Source: Paraspadella gotoi
Taxonomy: Eukaryota; Animalia; Chaetognatha
Direction: 5' to 3'
Length of the DNA: 64,000 bases
NCBI GenBank assembly: GCA_051294375.1
Contig: CM119267.1
Coordinates: 7,544,683-7,608,682 of the forward strand
Positions 36,218-54,264 of the stretch are shown here, in pieces. The notes beneath the pieces are model-generated. The model was not told the origin of the DNA and searched no databases. It worked only from the letters and a program-made list of their open reading frames with translations. Both the position numbers and the translations under genes were made by a program. The stretch's first letter is position 1; every line of letters starts with the position of its first letter.

Positions 36218-39200
36218 TCATACGTCATCGGAATGCGATCCGTCTCGCCGGCTCCGCTTTCGTCCGTCCTTTACGAAACAGTAACCCGCAAAAACGGCGA
36301 GGAAAATCAAAAAGCCAAAAACGAGAAACTCGAGCCGACGTCGCGTCGCTTCAAACTCGCGCCACTCCGAGATGTCTGCGAAGCGATTTCTCGCGCCGAG
36401 CGGAAGTTCGAACTGCGACCGAAACGGAAAGAACGTCAGGTAAAAGTCTTGCAAAAGCATACGCACGAGAGGCGCCTCTTTAGAGGCGTGATCAATATTG
36501 TCGTTGAGGCAGACAAACTTCTTCGGGTTGCGCCGAACGTCGTCGAGCTTCTTAAGGACGACGCTGGCGTTGGAGTCGATCATCTTAAAGGCGACGACAT
36601 CGTCGCCGACGACATCGAACGGCCAACGAGTCGAGATCGACTCGGTGGAGAGGTGATCGCGCACGCGGGCGAGTAGGGGAGCGCAAGAGATAAAGAGCGA
36701 CTTGCGGACAGGCGGCATTGAAGGATTGAAATACTTGACGGTGAATGAGGTCGCGGTCGGAGAATCGCGCAAACTCGACGAACAATTGACCAGCATGGCC
36801 TCCATCTCCTCGATCGCCCGTCCGTCCAGCGGATCGGGAAACACCCTCGCGGCCAAAACGCGGAGCTCGCGATCGTCGAGAATTCCATCGAGGTTGATGT
36901 CGAGAGCGTCGAAAATGAACGACGGCGATGAAGAGTTGGACGAAGTTTCCGACATCAAGAAGTAAAAATAGGCGAAGGCGAACTGAAGGTCGTCGGGGCG
37001 GCGGAAGCGATGGGACGAAGTCTCGCGGACTTCGGAGGGAAAGCGACGATGAAGGGCAGAGAGGATGGAGCGCTGAGCCATGTGCGGCATGTGGGCAGGA
37101 ACTGAGTTGGTCAGGAGTTAGAAATAAAAATCTCGGGTCGATGAATGTGAGCCGAAACAATTATCACCTTTGCGAGGCACGAAGCCGTAAGCCCCGTTAA
37201 GGATTCGGTTTGTGTGCTTCAAAGAATCTGCGTACGCCTCCAAGAGGCGGCGACCGGTCGAGACAGTCGTTCCATTCACAAAATTGTCGTCTAACAAAGG
37301 CCTGTATGAAAATTTGACTGGTTTAATAGTAATTCTTTTTTAATTGCGTACGTAGTATAAAAAGTTTTATCTTACTGAGACTCATTCGACAAAATCTCCC
37401 ATACGCCCACGCTCTTCTTTTCCCAAACGCCGAAAACCTCCGCCAATTTTTTTCTAAATCCTTTACGGCTCAGGAACCCCGCGTCCAAGTCTTCCTTTAA
37501 CGCTCGCGCAGACCGCATGACGTCCGCCGGTAGGACGACGACCGATGGCAAAGTCGAGTTCAAAAAGCCGCCCATTCGTTCGGCCGCTTCGAACAGCTCT
37601 GGGCGAATCGAGGAGGAATTGAAGCGGCGCGGGAAGAGGTCGGCGAAGGCAAAGTTCGCATATGGCTGCGCGAAAGGGTTGGAGGAAGATTCCGTAGCGG
37701 TAGGCGTGAGGTGTGAGGCGAATGAGTCGGTGTATTGGGTAGACTCCAAATCGGAAAACATAGAAACGTTGAAAGAGAAGGAGGACAAATCGGAGGGGAC
37801 CGCACTTCTATCGGCCGACAACGAGTCTCGCATCAGATGGAATGGACGCAATTGGTCGGGTGTCTGAAAACAGGAATAAGAACGAATAAGAAAGAGGACT
37901 CAATTTAATAAATATAAATATACTACCGTCGAAGTAACTGTGGGACGAGTCTCTGACAAAGGATTTTTCTTTGGTTCGGAGATTTGAAGGTTCACTTTCA
38001 TAGAAACGTCCGTCCGATTTTGGTAGAAAACAACGAAGATGAATTTGAACTGAGAGCGACAAGAGGATGTTAGGCTACGCCAGTCGTTCCTTTTTGATAA
38101 ACTAATCTACCTGGACTGCGACCGAAACGGTTCTAATCCAATCGTCGCGTTCGGTTTCGTAGGAGGCTTCGACGATTTTGTGTTCATCGTCTGGAAAGAA
38201 AGAACTCCAATCGAAGGTAGCAAAGACTGCGCCTTAAAAGTGGAAAAAGACGCAAGTCAGGAAACAAAAAGTTAAAGCAAGAAGCTACGAGGCTTTTTCA
38301 TATCTTACGAACCTTGCGGAATGAAATAACTTTGGACTTCTCTCCGCAGCCTGGTCGCCTTCGGCCCATGACGCCGAACGTCATCGAGGCCGCAGTCGCC
38401 GGCGTCAAACCCGCATTCGGCCACATTGCAATTGGCGTCGCAATACCGGTCGGCGAGCCAGGAATTGGCGCAGCCTTTGTGGCAGTGATCCGCAGACGGC
38501 AACGAAGCGCCGTCGTGACTAGAGTAAGGATCGGGACGACCAAGGTATGGATGAACCGGTTGATTCCCCAGACAATCTCCTCCATCCCAGTCGCAATCGG
38601 AAAAGTTGCAAGCTGAAAAAGAAACAAAGCGAAATCAGTAATTTTCGTCACAAGCGAAGTTTTTTTTTCTCAATTTTGCTCACGTTTGTCGCAGTACGTG
38701 TCTTTAATCCAGGACTGCGGACATCCTTCTCGACAACCGGGCACCGGCCAGGATAGAAAAACTTTCTGACCACCCGCAGTCGTGAAAAAGTCGTCGGGCC
38801 AAACGGGAAGTCCGAAAAACACGTCGTCGTTAAGATAAATAAACTTTTCTGACAAGCCTGTCGGGAGTTAATTAGTTCGCAAATTAAGAGAACTGAATAA
38901 ACTGGACAAATGATATTTTCACAGAGTCCCTCACCCGGGATGCGATGAAGGTGCATCTCGATAGCAGGAGAGCTGAACGTTGGAAGGTGTTCCGACGCGT
39001 TGTCTTTCCCGAAGATGTCCCCGTGAGTGACGAGCGTGAGGCGGGGGTTTTCGAGGTTGAGCCACCACGGGATTTGACCGTTGGTCACAATGAAGACTCG
39101 GCGAATCTTCGTTATAAATACGTGAGGTTGAGTGTAGTAATTATTTTTAATGAAGAAACCCGCAATAAATAAAAAATAAGTAACAGTTGACAATCAAATA

Positions 39201-40731
39201 CATGAAAAAGAATATTCTTTATTCCATACCCAAGGAGCATTTTTCTCCAATGACCGAAGAGAAAACCTCAACTCGTCGTTGTCTCGGAACCGAGAGGGCG
39301 CGGTGTCGTCAGCGTTGGCGCGCGGTTGTGGCGCCGACAGAAGCAAGCGCGGGTAAGAGATCGATGGACGACGACCGGAAATAGTGACATTTTCCGTCTG
39401 GGAAGTAACGACGACGCTTTTAATTATTTTAACGATTTTATTTATTTTTTTTTTTAATTTAAGACCTGTTTCATAAAGTCTTTAGCGTCGGAAGAGTTGC
39501 GGAATTTTAGAAGCAGGCATTCCTGATCTTGATGAAAAGTCGCCACTTTTATTTTTTCACGGGATACGTCGGGGAGAAGGTCAACGATTTCCTGCGCTAA
39601 TTTTAGCGCGACGGTGAAATGAAATCCTTAATTCGATGCCTCATTCCAACTCCATATTCTGACTTTCTTCTTCACCTGAGCTAAACGTTCGCACGAAACC
39701 GGAAATCAAAATCCACGAGGTCATCCGACGAGAGAGAAATCTGTCGTCGTCCCCGCCGCTGACGAGGAGGAGGCCGACGTCGATGGAATGATTCGCCATC
39801 GAGGGATAAGACTGGAAAGTTAGAAGCAAACACGCGTTTAAATCACTCCCAAATCTCTTAATTCATTAATAATATTTTTAATCTATAGTTCGTCGTTCGT
39901 CTCGCCTTTATCGCCGTCAAAACAGCGTTGGTCTCGCCCTCCTTAGCAACGATCACCGTCGCTGTCTCGTTGTCCGTTCTAGTCTCGTTGCGATGGAAAA
40001 CTTCTTCGACCAACGAAGGATCTAGGAAAGCAAGGGAGAGCATCCGGGGTCGAACGACGAAGACGCGCGTCTGCGAAAGGCGTAAGTCGCGTTTAAATAA
40101 CTCAAATCTCATCAGAATACCCATCGAGCTCGAGACCTCGAGGCATTCCGCGTCCTCGGGACATTTCAGACTCTTTCCATCACGGTCAGTTTCCTCCGAA
40201 GTGCTATTCGCTGTCGAACGTTTAGTCCACTCTGCGAGGGAGAGGAGCAGCTTCGGGTCTGACCCGTTGACCCAAGTATACACGGCATCGATCGGCGTCG
40301 GGGCGCAGAGACGTTTGGAGAAAGAGGCGCCGGCAAGGTTGTCCGCAGAAGAGCTGAAGAGATAGGAAAAAATTTGATATGATAGATTTTTGACAGTATC
40401 AGCATTCAGTTTCAGTATCGAGACGAGTATATGCTCGCTCGTGCCTGTATAAAATGCTCCCAAAAGCCGAGAATGGAGGACCTATTTTTAGGATCAGTCC
40501 TTCGCCCTTATTTCGACAAACTCACTCGAAAATATTTCTCCGCCAAGACGCCTCGACAAACTCTCGGCCGACGATGGCAAAACTCGCCAGTCCGAAGAAG
40601 GTGAGGCAGCAAGTGAGGCACAAGCAGATAATAAGGCACTTGTTTTTCGAGGCCAAGTCTAGAATTCGTCTCTGCATCATTTTGCAAATGGAGACGCAGC
40701 AACGGCGAACGAAGCGACGGCAGTCGGTCAT
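36218..40731 (-). CDS. GNPTAB: GlcNAc-1-phosphotransferase alpha/beta precursor
   Basis: Stealth motifs [66 protein letters not shown]; Notch/LNR repeats; EF-hand; N- and C-terminal TM helices. Confidence 0.95.
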
Positions 40732-40929
40732 TGCCGACCATATCGACGTCGTCGTTCCTCAAAGACTAGAAGCAAAAACGTCTTGAAAGTATTAAACAGA
40801 AGAAGAAAAGAACAAAACAGTAAAACGGGGGGAAGGGGGGGGGCGATCCAGCACGGAGAAAGGGAGAAGACGAAGACGCCACGGTTGCTTGGTATCGACA
40901 AGGAGAGAAAAAAAAGTTTGTGATAACCG

Positions 40930-42659
40930 TCAACTAGAGTCTTTCAAAGCAGTTTTATCAAGACTCTCTTTATCTTCCTCCTCTTCCCACGCTTCCTCCG
41001 ACCAATCGTCGAAGTCGTTGAAATCTTCGTCCGCCGCCGCCTTCTTCGTCCGCGCGCGGATGGAGAGTGGATCGAACTCTTCGCCTGAAAATAAGGACGA
41101 AAAATTATTAACAAATCAAAAGGGGAATATGCTTTTAGTTAGAATTTGGCAAGTATAAATTATTAACATTATGTATGAAAGAAGATGTAGTTCAATCTCA
41201 TTTGCGTACGGTATTAGTTAGCTTCTATCAATGATTCAAAAACGTGAAGATAATCCCTGAATTAAACAGCACAGTAGCCTAACATTTTAACCGACCTAAA
41301 CACCAGAGAGACTCCAGGTCGTAGCTCTCCCTGGTCTCCTCCATAAAGAGATGCAGGACGAGGTTCCCCATGTCGGCGACGAGCCAGTCGCCAGCCTCCA
41401 ATCCCTCCACCGTCACGTGACGGTCTTTCTTGCCCCTCTTCGCCTTGTGGAGTTTTTTAATGTATTCCATGGTGGACTTGAGGTGACGAAGGGAAAACCC
41501 GTTACCGATGACGAAGTAGTCTGAATAAAAGATGAGAGTCTCAGTTGAATCAATAAACGCCTTCAATATATAGGGAAGGAACTTTTGATACAACCAAGAA
41601 TGAGATTGAGTTCATCAATCTCATTTGCATATTGTCGTATTGACATTGACTTGTCATAAATTCTGTTCCTGTGTCATTTCATGTTCTCATTTCACGAATT
41701 CACTTTTGTCATTAGTGTAGCTATTGATGATAGTAATTGATTAGAGAGTTTGGGACATTTATTAATAATAATTATCAATTAAACTAACTTAGAAATATTC
41801 TTATTGGAACCCACTCTTAGGTATTTCAATTATAGTTTAAAGCTTCAGGATGAATTCTATGCTTTGACTTGGAACAGAGTTGGCTTCCAATATGGCAGTC
41901 CCATCCTCTCTGGTCTTAGTTCTTACTTATTGGGTTAGGAATTATGTTAAAAGCATTTTATATATGTTTATTAATAAAGACTTTCTTTCCTCCATAGGGT
42001 ATCTATGCTTATGACTTACTTCCCTTAAGCTAGCTATATGCTTCAAGCATTCTACCACTGAACCATAGCAAGTTAGCATCTCTTATTCTAGCTAAGTTTA
42101 CTGTTATTTTAGGACCAAATAGCTCGCTTACAAATACACAACTTCCAAGTTTTTACGATGAAAATTTACAACGATCGAAAACCCAAAAGGTTAACTTAAA
42201 GAAAAGAAAATTACTTCATCGCAAAACAACTAATACACCCTCACCCGCGTAATTCATTTCGGCCGGAAGTCGAATCACGCAAATGTCTGTGACATTTTCG
42301 AACTTCAAGACGTCGACGATTTCCTCGAGATCGAAGACGCCTTCGACGCCGCGTCGGCCCAACATCTCCATCCAACGGACGTCGCGTTCATCGTCGCCGT
42401 CTTTTCGCCAGACCTCCTCGGTGAAGGACTCGTAGTATTCCTTGAGCAGCGCTTCCTGGTCGACCGTCACGTCCGCGGGCTCAATGGCGTCTGGCGGAGG
42501 CGATGACGCCGAGTCAGCGTTTCCGGTGGAATAGCGCAGATTAGAAAGCAGCACCGAGGTTCCGCGCGCGGCGATGGAGAAGGCATCGGGAAGAGTTTTC
42601 GGTGGGAGGGTCGTCGTCGGCAACGACCCGCTTAATCTCAGAAGTGCGGTCCTTAACAT
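40930..42659 (-). CDS. MALSU1: mitoribosome assembly factor (RsfS/Iojap family)
   Basis: Transit-like N-terminus; RRGVEGVFDLEEIVDVLKFENVTDICVI, DYFVIGNGFSLRHL, DWLVADMGNLVLHLFMEETRESYDLESLW. Confidence 0.93.
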
Positions 42660-43784
42660 CTGAAAACCAAATAGGCGGATCTAACCACAAGTCGAGGAAC
42701 CAATTTTGTGAGAGGAGAGTAAAATCGAATATCGGTTCCTTTGGCAATCGTACGTATTTACAAACGTGATTGAAGAAACTAAGGATCGCTAGAAACGACA
42801 AGACGTGCCCGGCCGCTTCCGCAATGTGTCAAATGTGATAAATTTGAAGCTGATGAATTTCATCAATTATCGATGTTTTTGAAGCGATATTTTTTTTCGC
42901 CAAAACCTCTGCTAGCGAGTTTCATCTTCCATCTTCCTCTTCATCCTCCTCCTCCTTTCTCGCCATGTTCCTTCTCAGCGCCTCGTGGCTTCTTTTCTGC
43001 CAGAAGCAAAGCCAACGTCCCTTTTGTTTTTTTTCTGGGAAGGATACCATATTAAATAGATTAAATATTAAATATATATTAAATATCAAAACTTAGACGC
43101 GAATTAAAATAAATATTTCATGAGAGTCTTGAATAAAGCTTTGAATAAATTTGCGATGAAGGCATAAAACTTGCCGTGACTCTTCCAAATAGTGAAAAAT
43201 AGCCTTATGAATTGTACTTTAGCTGCAAAGATCGGAGGGTCGTCTATCGTCTTTCTGCTCTTGACCAAAATCACAGGAGGCCAGAGGACCGAGCGAGCTC
43301 GATCACAATCCACGGATCCACACATTCATATCAGTTTGACTTCGCCAGTTTTAGTCGACCATTATTAATCCGGCATCGAGGCGTAAGTCGAGAAATAATA
43401 ACAAATTTATCAAATCTCACAAAATGGCTATATTATAGAATATAGACCTTCAATGAGTAGTTGCTTCGTAAGTTTCTTTACTTATTCTGACTAAGCTAGC
43501 TGTATTACCTGAAGATTCAGAAAATAACTAAATTGAAAACTCCCAATATAGTATTTATCACTATAAATAAATAATTAGCTACGCGATTAGACTGTCAACA
43601 ACATAACAATGAATTTATTGTAAAAATGTAAACGATTTCAAAATTTTACTCGAACTCTGTTGCAACAAAGAAAGTGTCAACAATTCAACAAATTTCATAT
43701 AACATGATTTACAAAATAAATTGCATTGGTGAATAATTCGTATAATTGGTAGTATCTAAAAATTCTACGTATAATTTTATTATT

Positions 43785-49841
<6,057 letters not shown>

Positions 49842-50929
49842 TGGCCAGAGAAGGAACGATGCGGCGGGTTTTGAGATTTGTATTTGATTTTTTGTTGTTG
49901 TTGTATTTGTTGAATTTTTCTTCCCTTTTGTTTATCGAATATTGTGTGTAATTAGTTATAAAACGAATCAAGAAACTCGTATAAATTTATTTGATTTCCA
50001 ATTTTCCACCCATTTGAATGCTAAATGAGATATTTTTTTTTGCGATATTACAAAACAAAAATGAACGATATGCAAACATGGTTTGCACGATGACTAAGAG
50101 AGTTCGCAAAGATGCAACTAAAATTAATACAAGTATAACTTAAGATGCCCTCGAAATGCTTTCGACGGTTAAGAACGTAAGGAGACAAAAAGAGTTGCTA
50201 CATTAGAAAGACCGCATAAGAGAACGAGTTTGTTACATCGATTATAAGGAAATAATATGGTTTGGTAATTATTATCAATGTTATTATCATTTAACTGAAA
50301 TTCATCGCTGCCTTTATTTCTAGTTTACATATTATAAATACCTCGCTCTTGAAATAAAATCTTACCCTATCCCCTTAATTTTTTTTTATTCAGGTGGGTT
50401 CCATCCGTGAATTTGTTTATATACAATTATGGTATAGGGAGACGAAGAGCGAAAAAATTCTGGGTGAATTGAGAGGAAAAAGAGTCAATGTATCAGGCGA
50501 AATAAAAGGGAAGCCGATGATAACGAACAGAAAATGGTCAAAACCGGAAACACGTGATGCAAAAAACGAACGAAAAAAAAAATGCGAAAAGGGGCTAAAA
50601 ATTATCATTGGAGACGCACACGCACACATGGTCGAGACAATTATATTTTTTGTACAAATTTATTGATGCAAGAAGAGAAAAAATAAAAAAACCCTGTGTG
50701 CTAAACGACGATTCCCCCCCCCCCAATTTCAATTAAAAAATCGATTAAAAATCTGATGACTTTTAACAAATAATGAGACATCCTTAAGAAACATATCAAT
50801 TACTGGCTACAGACGGAACCCGCCCCCTCGGGGGGACACGAAAATGAATGTCAGGAGTAATGAAACAATTTTTTTTTTAACTTAAAATTTTATTCCAACA
50901 AAAAAATAGGAAAGAAAGAGAGAGAGTTT

Positions 50930-52020
50930 CTACTCGTCATCGTCCTCGCACTCCTCCTCCTCTTCCTCGCCGCCCTCTTCGTCTTCCTCCTCATATCTGA
51001 AACGAAAAGGTTTCGGCGGTGAAATTACTGCCGCAACCCAATTGATGTCGATTCGTTACCAAGTTTGGACTCGAAATCGAGGCTGACAAGACACTCACCC
51101 ATTTTCCGCCTTGACCGCAACACCCGCCTCTTGGTTCACTCGAACGGCGGGATTCACGATGAGACTCCGTCTGTTTACATGAGAAGGAAAAATGCCACAT
51201 TCTTTGGAATTAAAATGGATTAAAAACTACATGTTTTGGCCTGAGAATAATTACGTAAATTCTTACACTAAGCTTCCCAACCGGCTATATTTAATTCTGT
51301 CACTTTCGTCGGTTATATGCCTCTGATAAGAGTAAAGTCTTTACTAAAGATATCATTCCAGCTCGCCTGTAAATTTCCATCTTTTTGTCGTACTCCTCCT
51401 GCTGGGCGTGCTGTTTCTCCAGGTAGGGCTTTTTTTGTTCGTCGGAGAGACGCTGCCAGGCCTGACCCGCTTGGCGGATGATGTCCTTGTGGCTAATGTC
51501 GGAGCCTTTCATCTTCGCGCGGAAGTCAGCCATAAAGTGGAAGTAGGCCGTGGAGGGGCGTTTGGGCTTGTTAGGATCACGCGGGGGCCTGAATATCGTC
51601 ATCTCCTTCTCGTAGCGTTTTCTAGAAAAAGAAAAGAAGAAATAAAACTTAAACTATAAAGAAAATTAAATTAGAAGAAGCAGGGTTGCTCTCACCTGTC
51701 TTCGGCCGCTCGCTCCTCGAAGGGGGTGCGAGTCGTCTCGTCCATCGAGTTCCACTTGACGGCGGCTTCCTTGGCTAAGTCTCCGATTTTGATCGACTTA
51801 CCTAAGGACAAGGACGTCGGCAATCATTAAATATGGAAATTATGTTGGTACCAGGGGTCACCTTGTTATAGAGACGAAAGGGAATCAGTCACTCACCCTG
51901 AGACTTCATTTCCTCCCTCAAATGGGAGAGAAAATAAAAGTAGGCGGAGGAGGCGCGCTTGGGCCGCCCCGGCTGACGCGCGCGGCGCCTCCTCACGCCC
52001 GACATCCCGGCCTTGGGCAT
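50930..52020 (-). CDS. HMGB-type protein (two HMG boxes and an acidic tail)
   Basis: RPKRASSAYFYF..KWNSM..PFEERAAEDRKRY; RDPNKPKRPSTAYFHFM..AGQAWQRL; tail EEEDEE..DDE*. Confidence 0.92.
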
Positions 52021-52297
52021 TTCTCGCGAAGACGACAAGGTTGAGGGATAAAAATTCACGATTAAATTTTTTAGAATTTGGCTTGAAAAAAATAATTAAC
52101 GAATAAAGATGATAAAAAATTTAAGGAGCTGTTTAAAATAATAAAAAATCAACAAACAAGAAATTATACTTGAGCGTTTTCGATTTTTCTTCTCTACAAT
52201 AAGTAGGCCGAAAGAGTGAACAAAAAAAGTTTATTGCAACACGAAAATCGTGCCTTTTCACGTTGCAGAAGTAGAAAACAAAGTTCCATATGGACTG

Positions 52298-52762
52298 TCA
52301 CTGTTTTTCTGGACAGATCGGATCATGCATTGCTGCGGAGAGTCCAAGCCAGTCTACCACTCGGTTGAAAGGGTCTTCTGACGAAGGGGTTTTGTCGAGA
52401 TTCCAACTCGTCACGGAGGAGAATTTCCCCGTGACACTTCCATTGTGCATTATCAAGCCCTGATAAATAACAAAAAGAAACAATAAGTAACAATAATAAG
52501 CAATGGAAAATTTTAAAAATTGGGCGACCTCATAATCGTTCGGGAGATCGACGCTCTGCCCGTTGAGCGATCTCCCACGGAAGGACGCGTCAAGTAATTC
52601 CTTTCCCCCTTGCAAGCTGCTCCTTCGTACAGTTGTCTCGAAATATTCATCTATTTTGGCCGGACCCGAGTAGTCAATCGAAAAAGGCATGTGTTGCACC
52701 TTTTTTTCCGCAACTAAAGAAGGATTCAAATCCAGTCGCGCTTCAGTCCGTTCCTCGTTCAT
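52298..52762 (-). CDS. RNASEH2C: ribonuclease H2 subunit C
   Basis: HMPFSIDYSGPAKIDEYF, ASFRGRSLNG..LP.DY.G, FSSVTSWNLDKTP..D..WLGLSAAMH. Confidence 0.92.
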   Translation of the reverse strand: MNEERTEARLDLNPSLVAEKKVQHMPFSIDYSGPAKIDEYFETTVRRSSLQGGKELLDASFRGRSLNGQSVDLPNDYEVAQFLKFSIAYYCYLLFLFVIYQGLIMHNGSVTGKFSSVTSWNLDKTPSSEDPFNRVVDWLGLSAAMHDPICPEKQ

Positions 52763-53225
52763 CCTTTCTTCTGTGACGAAACAAAATAATTGCAATAATA
52801 TACAAATCAAAGGTTTTCGTTTAGAAAGATGGAATCGCAGAAAAGTAGAATGAAACCCTATAAAACTGATAACATAACTCGACTTTACACAAGATATAAA
52901 TTAAATCACTTCAAAAACTACTCCAGGATCAACCGCGAATATAAAAAAAAAAAACGAACGTGCAATGTACGGAAGATTAAATTTAGGCTAAGTGTTATGT
53001 TTCCATTGAGCCAAGCTCTAAGGGTATATCAAAACTACACACGACCAAGACTTCAATTTTCATAAGGAAGGAGGGAAAAAAGATTGGTTGCGACGGTTTT
53101 CTTCCTTTTCTGCGCAATCTCTCTCTCTCGGAGAAAATATCGAGGGGGGGGAGGGAAAGAGTCATAATTTGTTGACAAACGTATAAAAAGAGAGCGGGCG
53201 GCGCTGGAATTGGGAGAGATTTTAA

Positions 53226-54105
53226 GGGGACCCAGTGATAAAAATGATATCATAAGCTTAAGGGTCTATCATCAAAGGAATTTGAATGGTGATAGTCATT
53301 AATTTTTCTTTGCACGGGAAAGTGGCAAAAAAATTCCTATCTCTTATTGTAGCGGAAACAAAAATTTAATAATTATGAAAAAAAAATTTAGTTGACTCTA
53401 CCTAAATATTTATATAATCCATTATTTTATTTTTGCATTAGAAAGTATTTTTTACTAAATTCCAATTTTTTATTTTTTACTGTACAAAGCTATAATTTTA
53501 GGTTTAAGCCTCATTGAACAAAGGCTTTACAAGACTAATATTTTTATATTTTTATATTTACTTAAAAGCAGATAAATCAAACCTAAATTCTATTCTTACA
53601 GAAACAAAACTGTAATAATTATTAATTAATATTCATATTCATCCCTTAAATGTATAATTAAACTATATTGATTCCTAATTATAACAATTAAAAATTTAGC
53701 AAAAGTACAGAATCTTTCTCTTCTTTTTATATTTATATTACTTCAAAGAGTTTTATTTTTATCCAATTAACAGAATCATTTGAAAAGAAAGTTTAAATAA
53801 AATCAGTCGATACCTTAAATTTTGATTCATTCCTAGTTTTTTTTCTTATAAATTTTTTGTTAAAAGCTGAAAATCTTTTTAAAATTAGATCTTACCCTTT
53901 TTTGGAAAAAAAAAATTTTAAACTTGAAAAAGATTTTCTTCTTACCGATTTTTTAAAGAAAATTAAGCTCGCTGATTTTATCGAATTTTTTAACTACTTT
54001 CCCAAATGATTATAGAAGAAAAAATTATATGATCAGAACCAGCTTAAGTTAAAGGGTCAAACGTTATGTTTTCAGCTTTTTACCCCCCCTGTTCACTTGG
54101 TCCCC
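53226..54105. mobile_element. non-autonomous DNA transposon with TTAA target duplication (Kolobok-like)
   Basis: TTAA|GGGGACCCAGTGA ... TCACTTGGTCCCC|TTAA: 13-bp TIR with one mismatch. Purine-starting ends fit Kolobok better than piggyBac (CCC). The interior is very AT-rich and lacks ORFs. Confidence 0.75.
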
Positions 54106-54264
54106 TTAATAGGAGAGATAAACGTGAAGAGCCAACTCAGTTCCGATGCGAAGAAACCCTGAGATTTTTTTTTTCTCGCTCGAACAGAAGCCGAGGTGCC
54201 CTTGATCACAGATGACGAACCCCGGTGAAAAAAGGGGAGAAAATAAGCATGACAACGAATCAAA

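Noticed and set aside
42870-43450. Short ORFs between PIWI and MALSU1
   Set aside because: No consistent spliced frame or motif; may be UTR or decayed sequence.
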